DNA from: an uncultured delta proteobacterium
GTDB lineage: Bacteria; Desulfobacterota; Desulfobacteria; Desulfobacterales; UBA2156
Direction: 5' to 3'
Assembly: GCA_963736855.1 (NCBI GenBank)
Contig: CAVTQK010000009.1
Span: 448,001 to 512,000, forward strand
Length of the DNA stretch: 64,000 bases
Made by a program: the position numbers and the translations under genes. Under the pieces are notes generated by a model. The model saw nothing but the letters and a program-made list of their open reading frames with translations. It was not told the origin of the DNA and did not search any database. Below, one piece after another: positions 60,586 to 64,000 of the stretch (the stretch's first letter is position 1; each line of letters starts with the position of its first letter).

Positions 60586-61635
60586 ATGAAACGACGCGAT
60601 TTTATGAAAAAGGCAGGGATAGGCGCCGCCGCAGTGGCGGCCACAGCGGTCAATGCACCTTACGTGATCGCGCAAAAGAAAACGACTATAAAATGGCGGA
60701 TACAAACCTATGCCGGGCCCGCTCTGGCCGCACATGTTATTAAGCCGTCGATCGATGCATTCAACAAGGCGGCAAACGGAGAAATGGTGATCGAGCTGTA
60801 CAACGCGGACCAGTTGGTGCCCCAGGGGGAGCTCTTCAGGGCCGTACAGAAAGGGACCATGGACGCATGCCAGAGCGACGATGATTCCATTGCGGCCCCG
60901 GTCGATGTGGCGGTGTTTGCGGCATATTTTCCCTTTGCATCGCGCTATTCGCTGGACGTTCCCACCCTGTTTCACTGGTATGGACTGGATAAGATCTGGC
61001 AGGAAGCCTATGCCGGCATAAAAGGTGTCACCTGGCTGGGTTCGGGGTCCTGGGATCCCTGCAACTTTGCCACCGTCAAGCCCATCAACCATCTGTCTGA
61101 TCTCAAAGGGTTGAGAATGTATATGTTCCCCACCGGAGGCAGGTTCATGCAGCAATTCGGCGTGGTGCCCATGTCGCTCAAATACGAAGATGTTCAAATG
61201 GCCATCCAGACCGGTGAGCTCGACGGCGTCGCCTGGTCCGGCATCACCGAAGATTACACGGTGGGCTGGGCGGATGTCACCAAGTACTACCTGACCAATC
61301 CCATATCCGGCGCCTGGTCAGGATCCTACTTTGTGAACACCGCCGCGTGGGAAAAAGTTCCGGAACATCTGAAAGCGTTGTTCAAACTGTCCATGGACAG
61401 CTCCCATTACTACCGTCTGCATTGGTACTGGTGGGGTGAAGCGCATTATCGTGTCAAAGGCGGTAAACTGAAACTGACGACGATCCCGGCCAACGAGTGG
61501 AAAACCGTAGAAGATGCGGCCCTCAAATTCTGGGATGAGATCGCCGCCAAGAGCCCCAGGAACGCCAAGGTGGTAAAAATCCTCAAGGAATATGCCCAGA
61601 TCATGAAGGATGCCGGCCCTCCGTATCGATATTAA
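60586..61635 (+). CDS. dctP: TRAP transporter substrate-binding protein (DctP family) with Tat signal
   Basis: RRDFMK Tat motif, ADQLVP, DLKGLR and QTGELDG, followed by dctQM. Confidence 0.92.
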   Translation: MKRRDFMKKAGIGAAAVAATAVNAPYVIAQKKTTIKWRIQTYAGPALAAHVIKPSIDAFNKAANGEMVIELYNADQLVPQGELFRAVQKGTMDACQSDDDSIAAPVDVAVFAAYFPFASRYSLDVPTLFHWYGLDKIWQEAYAGIKGVTWLGSGSWDPCNFATVKPINHLSDLKGLRMYMFPTGGRFMQQFGVVPMSLKYEDVQMAIQTGELDGVAWSGITEDYTVGWADVTKYYLTNPISGAWSGSYFVNTAAWEKVPEHLKALFKLSMDSSHYYRLHWYWWGEAHYRVKGGKLKLTTIPANEWKTVEDAALKFWDEIAAKSPRNAKVVKILKEYAQIMKDAGPPYRY

Positions 61636-61665
61636 TCCTTAAAAAGCTTTCTGTCAGGCCTTAAA

Positions 61666-61707
61666 TCACCTTCCCGGGTCAGAGTGAAAACCGGTCCGGG
61701 AAGGTGA
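61666..61707 (+). other. Intercistronic hairpin between dctP and dctQ
   Basis: 12-bp perfect stem TCACCTTCCCGG/CCGGGAAGGTGA. Confidence 0.7.
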
Positions 61708-61734
61708 ACCTTTTAAAAGTCATAAGGAATCGAT

Positions 61735-62247
61735 ATGCCGAAAATCATTCAGAACTTCGTACGATACACGGAAGCCACCAGCAAAGCCGTCGGCCGTTTT
61801 TCCCAGTACTTGGTTTTCGCCATGATGGGCATTCTGCTGTTCGAGTCCCTATCTCGAACCTTCTTTAACCGCCCGCACATCTGGGTTGTGGAAACCTCTC
61901 AATTTCTCATGGCCGCCTATTACCTTTTGGGCGGCGCTTATTCCATGATCCTGGAAGGGCATGTTCGCATGGACCTCTTCTACGGCCGCTTGTCAAAGAA
62001 ACGGCAGGGGCTGACGGATGTGATCACCGGCCCTTTTATGATCTTTTACCTGGTCTTTCTTCTGATCGGCGGCATTTCCAGCATCGATTACGCTATAAGA
62101 TACGGGCAAAAAAATTATACGCCCTGGGCGCCGCCTTTGACTCCGATTAAAATCATCATGGCCATCGGAATCCTGCTGATGCTGCTCCAAGCCATCGTAT
62201 TCTTTATCAAAGACATCGCTAAAGCCAGAGGAAAGGAATCCTCATGA
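61735..62247 (+). CDS. dctQ: TRAP transporter small permease
   Basis: 4 TM segments, W..E and GHVRMDLFY. Confidence 0.92.
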   Translation: MPKIIQNFVRYTEATSKAVGRFSQYLVFAMMGILLFESLSRTFFNRPHIWVVETSQFLMAAYYLLGGAYSMILEGHVRMDLFYGRLSKKRQGLTDVITGPFMIFYLVFLLIGGISSIDYAIRYGQKNYTPWAPPLTPIKIIMAIGILLMLLQAIVFFIKDIAKARGKESS

Positions 62248-63570
62248 GTCATGAACTGATCGCCCTTCTGATCTTTTCCTCGATGTTGCTCATGTTGCTG
62301 ACGGGGCAACGGATCTTTGCCGCCATCGGCGGAGTGGCAACCTTGTTCGCCCTCTGGTTATGGGGGGAAGGCGGAGCGGAGATGCCCTATCATGCAAGCT
62401 TCATTCTCCTGAACTGGTATCCGCTTCTTACTTTGCCCTTGTTTATCTATATGGGCTACATGTTTGCAGAATCGGGAATCGCCGATGACCTCTACCGCAT
62501 GTTCCATGTCTGGATGGGTCCCGTCAACGGGGGTTTGGCCATCGGAACCACCGGCTTGATGGTGGCGGTAGCCGCCATGAACGGGTTGAGTGTCGCCGGT
62601 ATGGCCATCGGCGCCAGTATCGCCATGCCGGAAATGCTGAAGCGAAAATACGACAAGGTCATGGTCACCGGCGTCATCCAGGCCGGAAGTTCTTTGGGCA
62701 TCATGATCCCTCCCAGCGTGGTCCTGGTCCTTTACGGCATGATCGCCCGACAGCCGGTGGGCCATCTCTGGATGGCCGGGGTTTTTCCCGGGCTGTTGTT
62801 GGCGGGGCTGTTCGTTCTCTATATTCTCATTCGATGCTGGATCCAACCCCAAATGGGCCCGGCCCTGAGCTTGGAAGAGCGTCAGCAGATCACCTGGGCC
62901 GAAAGATTCCGACTCCTTCGGGCGGGGATCATTCCCCTCTTGATTATTTTTTCCATGACCGGACTGTTTTTGATGGGGATCACCAGTCTCGTGGAGTGCT
63001 CCGCAGTAGGGGCAGTGGTGACAACCGTCGCAGCCTGGATGAAAAAGCGGCTGAATCGACGGGTCATGGAAGACACTCCTCCGAAACACCCTGAGCGTCA
63101 GTTGCATGTTCATGTGGGTGATTCTTGCGGCGATGTGCTTCGGGGCTGTCTTCGACGGCCTGGGGGCCGTTCATGCCATCGAGAATCTTTTCATCAAGAA
63201 ATGGGAACTCAGCCCATGGGGGATCCTGATCATGATGCAGGTTACCTATATCCTGATGGGTATGTTCCTGGATGATACCGCCATGCTCATCATCGTGGCG
63301 CCCCTGTATATCCCTCTGGTCATCAAGCTGGGATTCAACCCCATCTGGTATGGTGTACTCTACACCATCACCTGCCAGATCGCTTATATGACGCCGCCTT
63401 TCGGTTACAACCTGTTTCTGATGAAAGCCATGGCACCTCCGGAGGTGACGCTGGCAGACATCTACCGTTCCATTGTCCCCTTTGTTCTGGTGATGATGGT
63501 GGGTCTGGCGATTGTCATCCTCTTTCCCCCGATCGCCCTGTGGCTTCCCAATTTATACTTTGGAAAATGA
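62244..63570 (+). pseudogene. dctM: TRAP large permease DctM with a +1 frameshift at ~63078 (pseudogene or sequencing error)
   Basis: LGIMIPPS in the first frame and TPPFGYNLF in the second. Deleting one C at 63078 gives continuous MEDTLRNTLSVSCMFMW (441 aa). Confidence 0.85.
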
Positions 63571-63575
63571 CAACC

Positions 63576-64000
63576 ATGAAAATGCCGGATATTCGAATCC
63601 AAAAGATCCTCTTTGCCACCGACTTATCGGAAAGCTCCGTGCACGCCTTTGCCTATGCGGTGAGTCTTGCCAATATCTTTGGAGCCGGGATGACGATCCT
63701 TCATGTGATGGCCGAATTCCCCGGAGAAAAATTCATCCTGAACATGATCCAAACCGACACGTGGAAGGAAATCAAAAAACGGCATTATTCCGAAGCCCGG
63801 GATGACCTGATCCTGAAAAAAAGAGACCATGTCGCCATCAAGGAGGTTCTGGAGGCCTTTTCCGAAGCGGTTAAAAACGGAGACCCCAATCACGATTTCG
63901 TCACCGACGAAATCATCATTAAAAGCGGGCCTCCTGCCGAAACGATCGTCGAAACGGCAAAAAAGCGGAAGTGCGATCTGGTCGTCGTGGGAACCCACGG
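63576..64000 (+). CDS. Universal stress protein (3' truncated by window edge)
   Basis: Manual translation: KILFATDLS...ILHV...GPPAETIVETAKKRKCDLVVVGTH. Confidence 0.9.
   Translation, partial: MKMPDIRIQKILFATDLSESSVHAFAYAVSLANIFGAGMTILHVMAEFPGEKFILNMIQTDTWKEIKKRHYSEARDDLILKKRDHVAIKEVLEAFSEAVKNGDPNHDFVTDEIIIKSGPPAETIVETAKKRKCDLVVVGTH

Noticed and set aside
370..63998. Many long overlapping antisense or alternate-frame ORFs (e.g. 19985-20767, 38525-39442, 46490-47263, 63624-63998)
   Set aside because: They are shadow ORFs opposite well-supported genes and carry no motifs.
1..64000. tRNA, rRNA, CRISPR arrays, transposases, integrases, prophage or defence genes
   Set aside because: None was seen. 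The GGTTCGA at ~27872 lacks a cloverleaf, and no regularly spaced direct repeats were found by eye.

Overview
This window comes from a sulfate-reducing Desulfobacterota-like bacterium, judged from the reductive-type dsrABD-dsrN operon and a tetrahaem cytochrome c3. Bases 1-45 kb are mostly housekeeping genes: ispG-proS-rel, rpmB, bamD, trxA, purN, the ffh-rpsP-khpA-rimM-trmD-rplS-rnhB-yraN-rsmI cluster, rlmN, an RND pump, nth, csp, Moco genes, mltA, tatBC, cytochrome c3, dsrABDN and dapA. Bases 45.4-64 kb form an accessory metabolic region with two modules. The first module appears to be a regulon of a HutC/UTRA-type GntR, marked by two identical 16-bp operator-like sites. It encodes a TRAP transporter whose binding protein lacks the carboxylate-binding Arg, a choline/ethanolamine kinase, a HisC-like aminotransferase, alanine dehydrogenase, an atypical transaldolase and a divergent transketolase. 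I infer an undescribed B12-independent amino-alcohol (probably ethanolamine) catabolic route through an aldehyde-phosphate into the pentose-phosphate pool. The second module is a D-amino-acid/ATP-grasp operon (class IV aminotransferase, Alr, CapA-like, MurI-like, Ddl-like ligase, N-formylglutamate amidohydrolase-like). I also saw two +1 frameshifts, a MITE-like element and candidate structured RNAs. I found no tRNA, rRNA, CRISPR array or transposase. All calls come from motif recognition by eye, and no searches were run.
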